In this document: positions 9,305-17,695 of the stretch, one piece after another | How positions within the stretch are numbered: the first letter of the stretch is position 1 | Layout of the letters: every line of letters starts with the position of its first letter | Assembly: GCA_020718085.1 (NCBI GenBank) | Contig: DYDB01000005.1 | Coordinates: 4,109-68,108, forward strand | Length of the DNA: 64,000 nucleotides | Reading direction: 5' to 3' | Source: Micavibrio sp. | Lineage (GTDB): Bacteria > Patescibacteriota > Minisyncoccia > Moranbacterales > GCA-2747515 | Made by a program: the position numbers and the translations under genes | The notes under the pieces: model-generated | Told to the model about the DNA's origin: nothing | What the model saw: the letters and a program-made list of their open reading frames with translations, nothing else | Database searches by the model: none

Positions 9305-11065
9305 ATGTCTGAAAAAATTATACACATCACACCAACTGTCACTGTCAAAAAATTCGCCGAGATTTTGGAAATGCCGGCAACCGCAGTGATTACAGAGCTT
9401 ATGAAGAATGGGATCATGGCCACGATCAATGAAGAGATCGATTTCGATACTGCATCGATCATTGCTGAGGATCTCGGATTTCATGCTGAGGAAGATCTTG
9501 AGATTGGTGATGACGAGATGCTCACAATCGAAAAATTACTTGATATTTGCAGCAAAGAAAAAACTTCCGGCGAAAAACTGGATGCACGCCCTCCGATCGT
9601 TACAATTCTCGGACACGTTGATCATGGAAAAACCACCTTACTTGACACAATTCGTAAAGCATCTGTCGCAAGTGGTGAGTCTGGTGGGATCACACAACAC
9701 ATTAGCGCATATCAAGTCAAAAAACGCGGTAAAGTACTCACCTTTATTGATACTCCCGGACATGAAGCATTTTCTGCAATGCGTGAGCGCGGTGTTTCAA
9801 TTGCTGATATTGCAATTCTCGTAGTTGCAGCAGATGATGGTGTACGTCCGCAAACACGCGAGGTTATCACTTATCTCAAAGAAAAAGGCATTCCAACACT
9901 CGTGGCAATCAACAAAATTGACAAACCAAACGCCAATACTGCACGTGTGAAACAAGAACTTGCAGAACTTGAGATCGTTATTGAGGAATGGGGTGGCAAA
10001 GTCATGTGTAATGAAATCAGCGCAAAGAACAACATTGGAATCACAGACCTTTTGGAAAGTATCATCCTTTTGGCGGAAGTTGAGGATTTCAAAGCAAACG
10101 AAAAACGTGACGGACTTGCCGTTGTATTGGAATCACACAAAGATGATCAAAAGGGTCCTGTGGCAACCGTTGTTGTCAAAACAGGTACATTGAAGGTTGG
10201 CCAAGATATCAATGTAGGAAAAACATATGGACGCATTCGCCATATGGCGGATTATCGTGGCAATACGATTGAAAAAGCAACGCCTTCCATGCCGGCAACG
10301 ATCTTTGGGCTCCTCGACACTGCAGAAACCAACGACATCGTTCAGGTCGCAAATGCCAAGCGTAGCGCTCGCCTCAAATCACGTGAAATGGCAATTCGTC
10401 TTGCAGGTGACAAGAAAACGGTTAAGAGCATCACAGATAACGATGGTGTCCCTAAATACAACATTATCATCAAATCTGATGTGCAAGGATCGATTGAGGC
10501 AATTCAACAGATCCTCGACACAATTCCTCAGACAAAAGTTGCGATTAGTTTTATCGATACCGGTGTAGGTAATGTGACAGAATCTGATATTAAAATGGCA
10601 CAAAGCTCCGAAGCAACCATTTATGGTTTTAACGTCACTACCAGTCCTGTGGCTAAACGTATGGCAGAAGATGCGAAAGTAACAGTGCTTAACTACAAAG
10701 TAATCTATGAATTAGTTGATCACATCAAAAATACACTCCTCTCGATGTTACCGGATGAAATTGAACGCACCGACGTCGGTGAGTTGGAAGTGCTTGGTAT
10801 TTTTCGTACAGAAAAAAAGCAAATGATCGTTGGCGGACGTGTTAAAAAAGGCAAGGCTGTTGCCAAAGATGCAAAGATCGATGTATATAGAGGTGAAAAC
10901 CTTATTGGCACGGGCAAGTTGGCGAACCTCCAACACAATAAGGTCAATGTGGATGAAGTAAAGAGAGATCAAGAATGTGGCATCACATTTGATGGAGAAA
11001 CCAAGATCAAAGCTGGTGACACATTTAAAATGTACACAGAGATCCTGAAAGAAAAAGCTTTATAA
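9305..11065 (+). CDS. infB: Translation initiation factor IF-2
   Basis: RPPIVTILGHVDHGKTTLLD, GGITQHI, DTPGHEAF, NKID. Confidence 0.98.
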   Translation: MSEKIIHITPTVTVKKFAEILEMPATAVITELMKNGIMATINEEIDFDTASIIAEDLGFHAEEDLEIGDDEMLTIEKLLDICSKEKTSGEKLDARPPIVTILGHVDHGKTTLLDTIRKASVASGESGGITQHISAYQVKKRGKVLTFIDTPGHEAFSAMRERGVSIADIAILVVAADDGVRPQTREVITYLKEKGIPTLVAINKIDKPNANTARVKQELAELEIVIEEWGGKVMCNEISAKNNIGITDLLESIILLAEVEDFKANEKRDGLAVVLESHKDDQKGPVATVVVKTGTLKVGQDINVGKTYGRIRHMADYRGNTIEKATPSMPATIFGLLDTAETNDIVQVANAKRSARLKSREMAIRLAGDKKTVKSITDNDGVPKYNIIIKSDVQGSIEAIQQILDTIPQTKVAISFIDTGVGNVTESDIKMAQSSEATIYGFNVTTSPVAKRMAEDAKVTVLNYKVIYELVDHIKNTLLSMLPDEIERTDVGELEVLGIFRTEKKQMIVGGRVKKGKAVAKDAKIDVYRGENLIGTGKLANLQHNKVNVDEVKRDQECGITFDGETKIKAGDTFKMYTEILKEKAL

Positions 11066-11076
11066 AAGATTTAGAA

Positions 11077-11152
11077 AAAGAGCCCCCTTGAAAAACATGG
11101 GGGCTTTTTTATACAAAAAGAAGAGCTTCATATGCACGCATATGAAGCTCTT
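11077..11152. terminator. Two adjacent terminator hairpins between infB and the PEP-CTERM gene
   Basis: agccccc/gggggct + T-run; aagagcttcatatgc/gcatatgaagctctt. Confidence 0.7.
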
Positions 11153-11305
11153 TACTCAAAAAAGTGTTGAACGATTCTTCACCAAAAATCGGCTCATAAT
11201 CGTATTTTTCATGGGATTAGCAATTGTAATCTAATCCACAGCAAAATACGGTCTCTTTCCGGTTTTTATGATAAAAACATACTACGAAAGAACAAGTGTC
11301 GTTTT

Positions 11306-11914
11306 TCACTTTTTGCCACGGCCAACGGCAGTCAGTCCAGCGAGACCTGTTAAAAACAAAAGCATCGTTGCTGGTTCGGGGACAGGTGCAGGAGTTGCAG
11401 TGATAACATCCAGTTTACATGCCGCTCCAAGGACCCTCATGTCATCAAAGTCACGATCTCCTCCCCCTAGCTGGTCATCGAGATTTGCCAGTAGCAGGTG
11501 ATCTGACCACTGCACCTTTACATGCTGCACAGCAGTATCAACAGACGTACCACCGGCAAACTGATTGAGCGATGAATCACTAAACCAGCTGTAATCGGCC
11601 TTTTTGTCCTTTTTTCCTTCTGTATACACATCGAAATAAAAGCCGAAGCCCTCATCAAGATATGTCCACATGGATTCGGTCACCTTAAAAAATGCACCCG
11701 GCTCGGAATTTTTGTGATCAAAGATCTTAAACCGTTGGGCAACATCGTTCATGGCGAACAGCCCAAAATCCGACTCATAACTCGCATTTTCCACCAGATC
11801 AGCAAAAATAATTTGATCTGTAGCAAAATACAGCCCTGCTTCTGATTTTGTGGCAAAACCGCAGACTGCCAAAAAAAACAAACTCAGTACTACAATACGT
11901 CTCAGCAACATCAT
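11306..11914 (-). CDS. PEP-CTERM sorting-domain protein (DUF4114-like Ca-binding motif)
   Basis: Signal peptide; LDDQLGGGDRDFDD; C-terminal PVPEPATMLLFLTGLAGL...RGKK; SD AGAGGAG before MMLLRR. Confidence 0.85.
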   Translation of the reverse strand: MMLLRRIVVLSLFFLAVCGFATKSEAGLYFATDQIIFADLVENASYESDFGLFAMNDVAQRFKIFDHKNSEPGAFFKVTESMWTYLDEGFGFYFDVYTEGKKDKKADYSWFSDSSLNQFAGGTSVDTAVQHVKVQWSDHLLLANLDDQLGGGDRDFDDMRVLGAACKLDVITATPAPVPEPATMLLFLTGLAGLTAVGRGKK

Positions 11915-12014
11915 TGTCTCCTCTTTAGAATTGATAGTAATTTTCCTCTGCCAATTTGTTGTTCCGGATTTCACCTCCTTTTTATCATTTTGATGGAAAA
12001 GAACTTGATTGAAT

Positions 12015-12043
12015 ATTGTACAAGTATATCACAGTAATGTCAA
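12015..12043 (-). promoter_or_regulatory. Sigma70 promoter of the PEP-CTERM gene
   Basis: TTGACA-17-TACAAT. Confidence 0.6.
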
Positions 12044-12047
12044 AGTA

Positions 12048-12950
12048 TTAATTTTTATGATCAAAAAGCGATGTGCTCACATATTTTTCCGCACGATCCG
12101 GAAATACTATCACGATACGCGCTTTATCAACTTTTTTAGAAATTTCACGTGCCGCAACAAGTGCCGCACCACTGCTCATACCTACAGAAATTGCTTCTAC
12201 ACGCATAGCAAGTCGCGACATATCGAATGCATCCTCTGACTCTATCATAATTTTTTCATCAATGAGCGATATATCATAAATTGCCGGTACCAACGCTTCT
12301 TCTAGATTCTTCAATCCTTGAATATAATGCCCTTTTACAGGATGCGCTTCCACAACTTTGATTCTTGCATCGTGATCTTTTAACCCTTTACCAATGCCCA
12401 TGATCGTACCGGATGTGCCCAGTGATGAAACAAGATAGTCAATACGCCCACCCATCTGTTTCCAAATTTCCTCCGCTGTTGTACGATAATGCGCCATTTT
12501 ATTATATGCGTTGGAAAATTGATCAGGATTAAAATATTTATGCGGATATTTTGCTACAAGTTCCCGTACACGAAGAATTGCGCCATCCGTACCTTTTGTG
12601 CCATCCGTAAGAATGATTTTCGCACCATATGCCTTGATCATCTTCTGACGCTCCACGGATACCGCGCCACTCATCACAACGTGCACCTCATATCCTTTGA
12701 TCGCACCGATCATTGCAAGTGCAATACCCGTATTACCGGATGTTGCCTCAATGATGATCTTATCTTTTGTCAGCCTTCCTTCTTGCTCCCCCTGTTCTAT
12801 CATGGCAAGTGCAATACGATCTTTGATTGAACCGCTGGGATTTTGCCCCTCCAATTTTGCAAAAACTTCCACTCCTTCTTTTTTGATCACGTGATTAATA
12901 CGAACCATCGGCGTATTTCCGATCAAACCCAACACATTTTCATATATCAT
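12048..12950 (-). CDS. cysK: Cysteine synthase (PLP-dependent, CysK/CysM family)
   Basis: IGNTPMV, KLEGQNPSGSIKDR, EATSGNTGIALA, LGTSGT, HYIQGL. Confidence 0.9.
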   Translation of the reverse strand: MIYENVLGLIGNTPMVRINHVIKKEGVEVFAKLEGQNPSGSIKDRIALAMIEQGEQEGRLTKDKIIIEATSGNTGIALAMIGAIKGYEVHVVMSGAVSVERQKMIKAYGAKIILTDGTKGTDGAILRVRELVAKYPHKYFNPDQFSNAYNKMAHYRTTAEEIWKQMGGRIDYLVSSLGTSGTIMGIGKGLKDHDARIKVVEAHPVKGHYIQGLKNLEEALVPAIYDISLIDEKIMIESEDAFDMSRLAMRVEAISVGMSSGAALVAAREISKKVDKARIVIVFPDRAEKYVSTSLFDHKN

Positions 12951-13000
12951 ATGTTTATATTATTTAATAAATCATTTTATAACTCTCGTTCAGAACACTC

Positions 13001-13079
13001 TGTCATTTCGAGCCTGTCGAGAAATCTCTCAAGATTCCTCCACTACGCCTGCCTGCCGGTAGGCAGGGTCGGAATGACA
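13001..13079. repeat. REP/MITE-like palindromic element, copy 1
   Basis: tgtcattt...gaatgaca ends with GC-rich core cctgcctgccggtaggcagg; related copy at 27220. Confidence 0.7.
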
Positions 13080-13093
13080 TACTATTTACAAAT

Positions 13094-13162
13094 TAAAAAC
13101 CCTCATCCAATGAGAGTTGTTTTTGGCCTATGAATTTTACGATGCAAAAATACAACTCTCTA
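13094..13162 (-). promoter_or_regulatory. Attenuator (terminator/antiterminator) of cysteine synthase
   Basis: Terminator aactctca-ttgga-tgagggtt-ttt; antiterminator gagagttgtattttt pairs with aaaaacaactctc and overlaps the leader stop codon. Confidence 0.75.
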
Positions 13163-13210
13163 TAAGGAGCTGCAACAACAAATCATATTTTGTGTAAATA
13201 TTTGCTTCAT
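13160..13210 (-). CDS. Cys-rich leader peptide MKQIFTQNMICCCSSL
   Basis: TGT TGT TGC run upstream of cysK; TTGTAT-17-TATAAT ends 6 nt before the ATG (leaderless). Confidence 0.75.
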   Translation of the reverse strand: MKQIFTQNMICCCSSL

Positions 13211-13317
13211 GTGGAGATTATATAACATATTATAAAAAAATACAATTTCTTTGAAAACAATTAGTCATCTTTAGGAAAAATTGTCACAAACACAAAAACT
13301 GTATATGATGAGGATGT

Positions 13318-13560
13318 GGAGCAGTTTCGCGACTTTTCGTAAGTTGCCTATCATTCCCACGGCATAAAAGTATTTTATTCACAAAAAGAACTCTGTGATT
13401 CATAAATGTAGTAATTACTACGTCATGCAATCCTTAGGAATCTAAGGAACAAACCTCTTTGTGAAAAATACACCTCCCGCCGTCAGATAGCACATGATCT
13501 TTGATAACTGCAAAAAAGAACTGACGGGCATATTTCAACATAAATATGCCCGTTCTTCTT
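13318..13560 (+). ncRNA. Candidate structured ncRNA (possible type I antitoxin)
   Basis: TTGTCA(13281)-17-TATGAT promoter; nested stems gcagtt/aactgc, ctatc/gatag, acggc/gccgt, ttcacaaa/tttgtgaa; 12-bp hairpin at 13524-13553. Confidence 0.6.
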
Positions 13561-13590
13561 ATTGTGCACATTGTTTCTATAAATATCATA

Positions 13591-13623
13591 AAGCCCTCAA
13601 CATATTGCATTGAGGGCTTTTTT
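13591..13623. terminator. Bidirectional terminator
   Basis: aagccctcaa...ttgagggctttttt. Confidence 0.7.
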
Positions 13624-13644
13624 ACTCATAATCATATTTTCTCA

Positions 13645-13734
13645 TCATTTACAATCTCTGAACATGGCGATCACACAACCGGCTGCGATAGGAAGAAGAA
13701 AAAAGATCAAAAGGAACTGAATTGCATTATTCAT
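13645..13734 (-). CDS. 29-aa hydrophobic peptide, Fst/PepA1-like type I toxin candidate
   Basis: MNNAIQFLLIFFLLPIAAGCVIAMFRDCK with GGAGG SD; PxxxGC motif. Confidence 0.6.
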   Translation of the reverse strand: MNNAIQFLLIFFLLPIAAGCVIAMFRDCK

Positions 13735-13851
13735 GATCACGCCTCCATAAAATTATTTATACACACAGATCATTTTATTTATTTTACTCCAAGATAACCC
13801 AAAAAACCAAATCTGGCACAAAATATGGTTTTCCGCTATCATGAGAGACAT

Positions 13852-15309
13852 ATGATCACAAAAATACCACAAGAAGTAAAAAACATCCTTCGTACGCTGA
13901 CCGAAGCAGGTTTTGAAGCATATATTGTCGGTGGGTGTGTGCGTGACCTCACAATAGATCATGCGCCGAAAGACTGGGATATCACAACTAATGCACGACC
14001 GGAAAAGATCCAGGAGATTTTCCCGGACAGTTTTTATGAAAATGATTTTGGGACAGTCGGTGTGAAAGTTGTGCCATTTCTTCCAACAGGCAAACCGGAC
14101 CGCGAACACGATGTGATCGAAGTGACCACATATCGCATAGAATCCACCTATTCTGACAAGCGCAGGCCAGATTCTGTGCAATTTGCCGATTCAATCCACG
14201 ACGATCTTTCTCGTCGCGATTTTACCATGAATGCGCTTGCACTTGATATTCACAATAACTTAATAGATCCATTTGGCGGTCTTGAAGACATGCACAATAA
14301 GCTCATTCGTTGTGTCGGTGATGCACATGAACGTTTCAACGAGGACGCTCTGCGCATGATTCGTGCCATACGTTTTGCTGCACGTTTACATTTTACAATT
14401 GCACCGGAAACATTTCAGGCAATCACAAACAATCATGGTTTGCTCACACACGTTTCCATGGAGCGCATCAGTGACGAATTCACAAAGATCGTCATGAGCG
14501 ATCATGCACGTCATGGCATTCAAATGTTACACGATACGGAACTATTACAACATTTTTTACCGGAATTGGAAGAAGGGATTGATGTAGAACAAAATCATCA
14601 TCACACATTGACCGTATGGGAACATAATTTGGAAGCGTTGCAACACTGTCCAAGCAAGAAGCTGGAAGTACGCCTAGCTGCGCTCTTTCACGATATTGGC
14701 AAACCTGCATCCAAACAAGGACTTGGTCGCGATTGCACGTTTTATAACCACGAATACACCAGTGCGCGCATGACAAAAGAGATCCTACATCGTCTTAAAT
14801 ATCCCAAAAAGATCATTGATCGTACCGTTCTCCTCGTGCGCAACCACATGTTCTATTACAGTGTGGATGAGGTGACAGAAACAGCGGTGCGACGCATTAT
14901 TACAAAAGTTGGATTGGAAAATATGAAAGATCTGATGGATGTGCGCATCGGCGACAGATTGGGCTCCGGTACAAAAAAGGCTAAACCCTACAAACTGCGT
15001 CATTTCGAATACATGATAGACAAAGTTTCCAATGATCCCATCAGCGTCAAAATGCTCAAGCTTAATGGCGATATTATGATCAAAGACCTGAAATTTTCTC
15101 CCGGCCCGCAAATTGGTGCGATTCTCAATGTGCTTTTGGCAGAAGTCCTTGATGATCCGTCAAAAAATACCTTGGAACACCTCACACAGCGCGCACTCTT
15201 GTTAAAAAACGAAAATCTTGCTACACTGCAAGGTCTTGCAAAAGAAAAGATCCAAGAAAAACGCGAGGAGGACGATCAAAATATTAAGAAAAAACATTGG
15301 GTGAAATAA
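13852..15309 (+). CDS. cca: CCA-adding tRNA nucleotidyltransferase with HD domain
   Basis: VGGCVRD, KDWDITT, DLSRRDFTMNA, RFNEDALRMIRAIRF, LFHDIGK. Confidence 0.92.
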   Translation: MITKIPQEVKNILRTLTEAGFEAYIVGGCVRDLTIDHAPKDWDITTNARPEKIQEIFPDSFYENDFGTVGVKVVPFLPTGKPDREHDVIEVTTYRIESTYSDKRRPDSVQFADSIHDDLSRRDFTMNALALDIHNNLIDPFGGLEDMHNKLIRCVGDAHERFNEDALRMIRAIRFAARLHFTIAPETFQAITNNHGLLTHVSMERISDEFTKIVMSDHARHGIQMLHDTELLQHFLPELEEGIDVEQNHHHTLTVWEHNLEALQHCPSKKLEVRLAALFHDIGKPASKQGLGRDCTFYNHEYTSARMTKEILHRLKYPKKIIDRTVLLVRNHMFYYSVDEVTETAVRRIITKVGLENMKDLMDVRIGDRLGSGTKKAKPYKLRHFEYMIDKVSNDPISVKMLKLNGDIMIKDLKFSPGPQIGAILNVLLAEVLDDPSKNTLEHLTQRALLLKNENLATLQGLAKEKIQEKREEDDQNIKKKHWVK

Positions 15310-15446
15310 TTAATTACTTTTTAATTTCCAATTTCGAATTTTAAATGAATTTTTAATGTTAAAAATCAAAAAATAAATGTGATTTTTAAAAACATTCATT
15401 CATTTGATATTCAATCAAAATTGAAAATTCGAAATTCAAAATTACT

Positions 15447-15743
15447 ATGCGATTTACCATTCCCAACATCTCCACCAATCCTGCTGTAGCACTGAGGCGT
15501 GCCGGTTATACGTTCCAGCATTACACGGCTGACAATGAAATGAGCTTTATACGCGTGATGGGTAGTAGCGGATTTCCACGATTTCATATGTATGTCACCC
15601 TTACCGGACGCGATCTCAATATCAGTTTTCACATTGATCATAAAAAATACACATACGGCGATGATACACGTCACCATGGAGAATATGAAGAGTCTCCCAC
15701 ACTGGAACAAGAGGCGATGCGCGTCAAAGGTCTTATAAAGTGA
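15447..15743 (+). CDS. Hypothetical protein
   Basis: 98-aa ORF with FPRFH...HIDHK...HHGEY motif. Confidence 0.7.
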   Translation: MRFTIPNISTNPAVALRRAGYTFQHYTADNEMSFIRVMGSSGFPRFHMYVTLTGRDLNISFHIDHKKYTYGDDTRHHGEYEESPTLEQEAMRVKGLIK

Positions 15744-15841
15744 ACTGCAAAAAAGATGGTGATCAAACCGTCTTTTTTCAATCTTTAGCTGGACATGGTT
15801 TACATTTTTTGATATGATTGTTTTGTTCTCAAATGCACCCT

Positions 15842-15925
15842 GCTGGGGTGGCGGAATTGGTAGACGCACCAGGTTTAGGCCCTGGCGGGAGCAATCCTGT
15901 GGAGGTTCAAGTCCTCTCTCCAGCA
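15842..15925 (+). tRNA. tRNA-Leu(TAG), CCA not encoded
   Basis: gctgggg/ctccagc acceptor, ccagg-ttTAGgc-cctgg, long variable arm, ggttcaagtcc. Confidence 0.95.
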
Positions 15926-16102
15926 CAAGAGAATGATCGTTACACTGCCGTCAAACGCAAAATTATGATCATTCTGCATCCCTTTAACTGACTTGAGCAG
16001 AAAAGGGTCGGAAAAACACTTGTTTTTCCGTTTGAGGAGAGTATTGAGAACCGAGGGTTCTCAAGGAACGATAGTGACGTGAAAGTCCTCTCTCCAGCAC
16101 AA
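15909..16102 (+). repeat. 20-bp duplication of the tRNA-Leu 3' end flanking a ~155-bp hairpin-rich insert
   Basis: aagtcctctctccagcacaa at 15909-15928 and 16083-16102. Confidence 0.8.
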
Positions 16103-16195
16103 AAATAAAACAAAGTGATTTTAATATAAGATTGCTTTGTTTTGTTTTTATGTAAAAAACCAATCAATAAAGTCCTTTAACAAAATGAGGTTACC

Positions 16196-16555
16196 ATGCA
16201 CACACGTGTAAAAGTAAAAGAAGCCTTACAAAAATCTCATGTGTACAAGATCAAGCCTGCTGTACCACCGTCTATTCAAAATGACTCACTAATAGCTTGT
16301 GAGATACGTGCATTTCATCAACGATTGTTCAAAAAAAGCACAAAGGGAAAAGAGAAGAAATCCCGATTTGTTTCCGGGTACATTTTTATTTTTCCCATTG
16401 ATGTGCATGGCAACACAGGGAAAAAACCCATACGCATCATCCACACATCGCAAATGACATTGCGTACATTTGCAGAGTTTGCCCGTAATTTTACGCAGGC
16501 AGACAGTCCCCGACTGAAAAAAACTCTCCAAAAACTCACACGTTCATCTGCATGA
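16196..16555 (+). CDS. Hypothetical basic protein
   Basis: 119-aa ORF, GAGG upstream, terminator at ~16586-16622. Confidence 0.5.
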   Translation: MHTRVKVKEALQKSHVYKIKPAVPPSIQNDSLIACEIRAFHQRLFKKSTKGKEKKSRFVSGYIFIFPIDVHGNTGKKPIRIIHTSQMTLRTFAEFARNFTQADSPRLKKTLQKLTRSSA

Positions 16556-16626
16556 GCCGCAATGAACTCTGTTCAAAATTTGCAAAAAACACCCCACTTG
16601 GCGCGCAAGTGTGGGTGTTTTCATTT

Positions 16627-17670
16627 CTAGAAATCCCAGCTGCCGTTCATACTGCTCGATTGTGTGTAGTTCACAACTGTTGATTCAAAGAAGTTTCCCT
16701 TATCACTATTTGTGTCCTGTAAACGATCAAGATGTTTATATGGATTTTGAACTGCATCTTTATAAAGTGGCGCGATTCCGAGAAGCTCCAACCTCTGATT
16801 TGCAAGCCATTTGGTATATTCTTCCGTTGTACGCCTATTCATACCTGGCATTTTGTTGCCCAAAATATGTTGTCCCCATACGATTTCCTGTTCTACTGCC
16901 GATTGCATCATTTGCACGATCAAATTTTCATCATAAATTTCTGGGAACTCCGCTTTTATCTCTTTTATTAAGTGAGAAAATAGAGTAACATGCGTCAACT
17001 CGTCACGACGAATATATGAGATCATGCGTCCTGTCGCAAGCATTTTCATTTGATCTACCAGTGTGTCAAAAAATGCAAATCCGTTGTAAAAGTACAGTGA
17101 TTCAAGCAAATAATTTGCTACAATGCCTCGAAAAAAACTTTTATCACTTGGCTTATCAATAAAATCCTGATAGATTTGTCCAATATATTTATTACGTCCA
17201 AGCAAGATCTTATCATCACGCCAGAAATAATAAATCTCTTCACGGTCTTTGGAATCCACAACCGTCTCTAAAATCGTTGCATACGACTGTGAATGGATCG
17301 CTTCTTGATATGCCTGAATTGAAAGGATGAGATTAACTTCCGGTGATGTTACATAATCAGAAAAATTTGGCAAATTTACCGTTTGAATGGAATCAAGAAA
17401 GATCAAAAATGATAAAATGCCCTTATATGCCCGCTGTTCTTCCTCCGTAAGTGTACTATGAAACATGCGCGCATCATCTTTGAGTCCGGACACTTTTTCT
17501 GGAACCCAAAAGTTTCCGACCATTACCTGATATAGTGACGTTGCCCACTGATATTTTGTTGCATTAAGTTGAAACAATCCTGTAGTTTGCCCCTTGATAA
17601 TTGTACGCTTTGCCACATCATCATTCCCTTTTGGATTAAATATTGGATTGCGTTTAAAATTATTTTTCAT
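16627..17670 (-). CDS. nrdB: Ribonucleotide reductase class I beta subunit
   Basis: NFWVPE, FLDSIQ, QEAIHSQSY, ESLYFYNGF, RDELTH. Confidence 0.95.
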   Translation of the reverse strand: MKNNFKRNPIFNPKGNDDVAKRTIIKGQTTGLFQLNATKYQWATSLYQVMVGNFWVPEKVSGLKDDARMFHSTLTEEEQRAYKGILSFLIFLDSIQTVNLPNFSDYVTSPEVNLILSIQAYQEAIHSQSYATILETVVDSKDREEIYYFWRDDKILLGRNKYIGQIYQDFIDKPSDKSFFRGIVANYLLESLYFYNGFAFFDTLVDQMKMLATGRMISYIRRDELTHVTLFSHLIKEIKAEFPEIYDENLIVQMMQSAVEQEIVWGQHILGNKMPGMNRRTTEEYTKWLANQRLELLGIAPLYKDAVQNPYKHLDRLQDTNSDKGNFFESTVVNYTQSSSMNGSWDF

Positions 17671-17695
17671 TTTTCATTATTAATTTTTAATTATT

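Noticed and set aside
15411-15926. 171-aa minus-strand ORF
   Set aside because: Antisense to tRNA-Leu and the 98-aa gene
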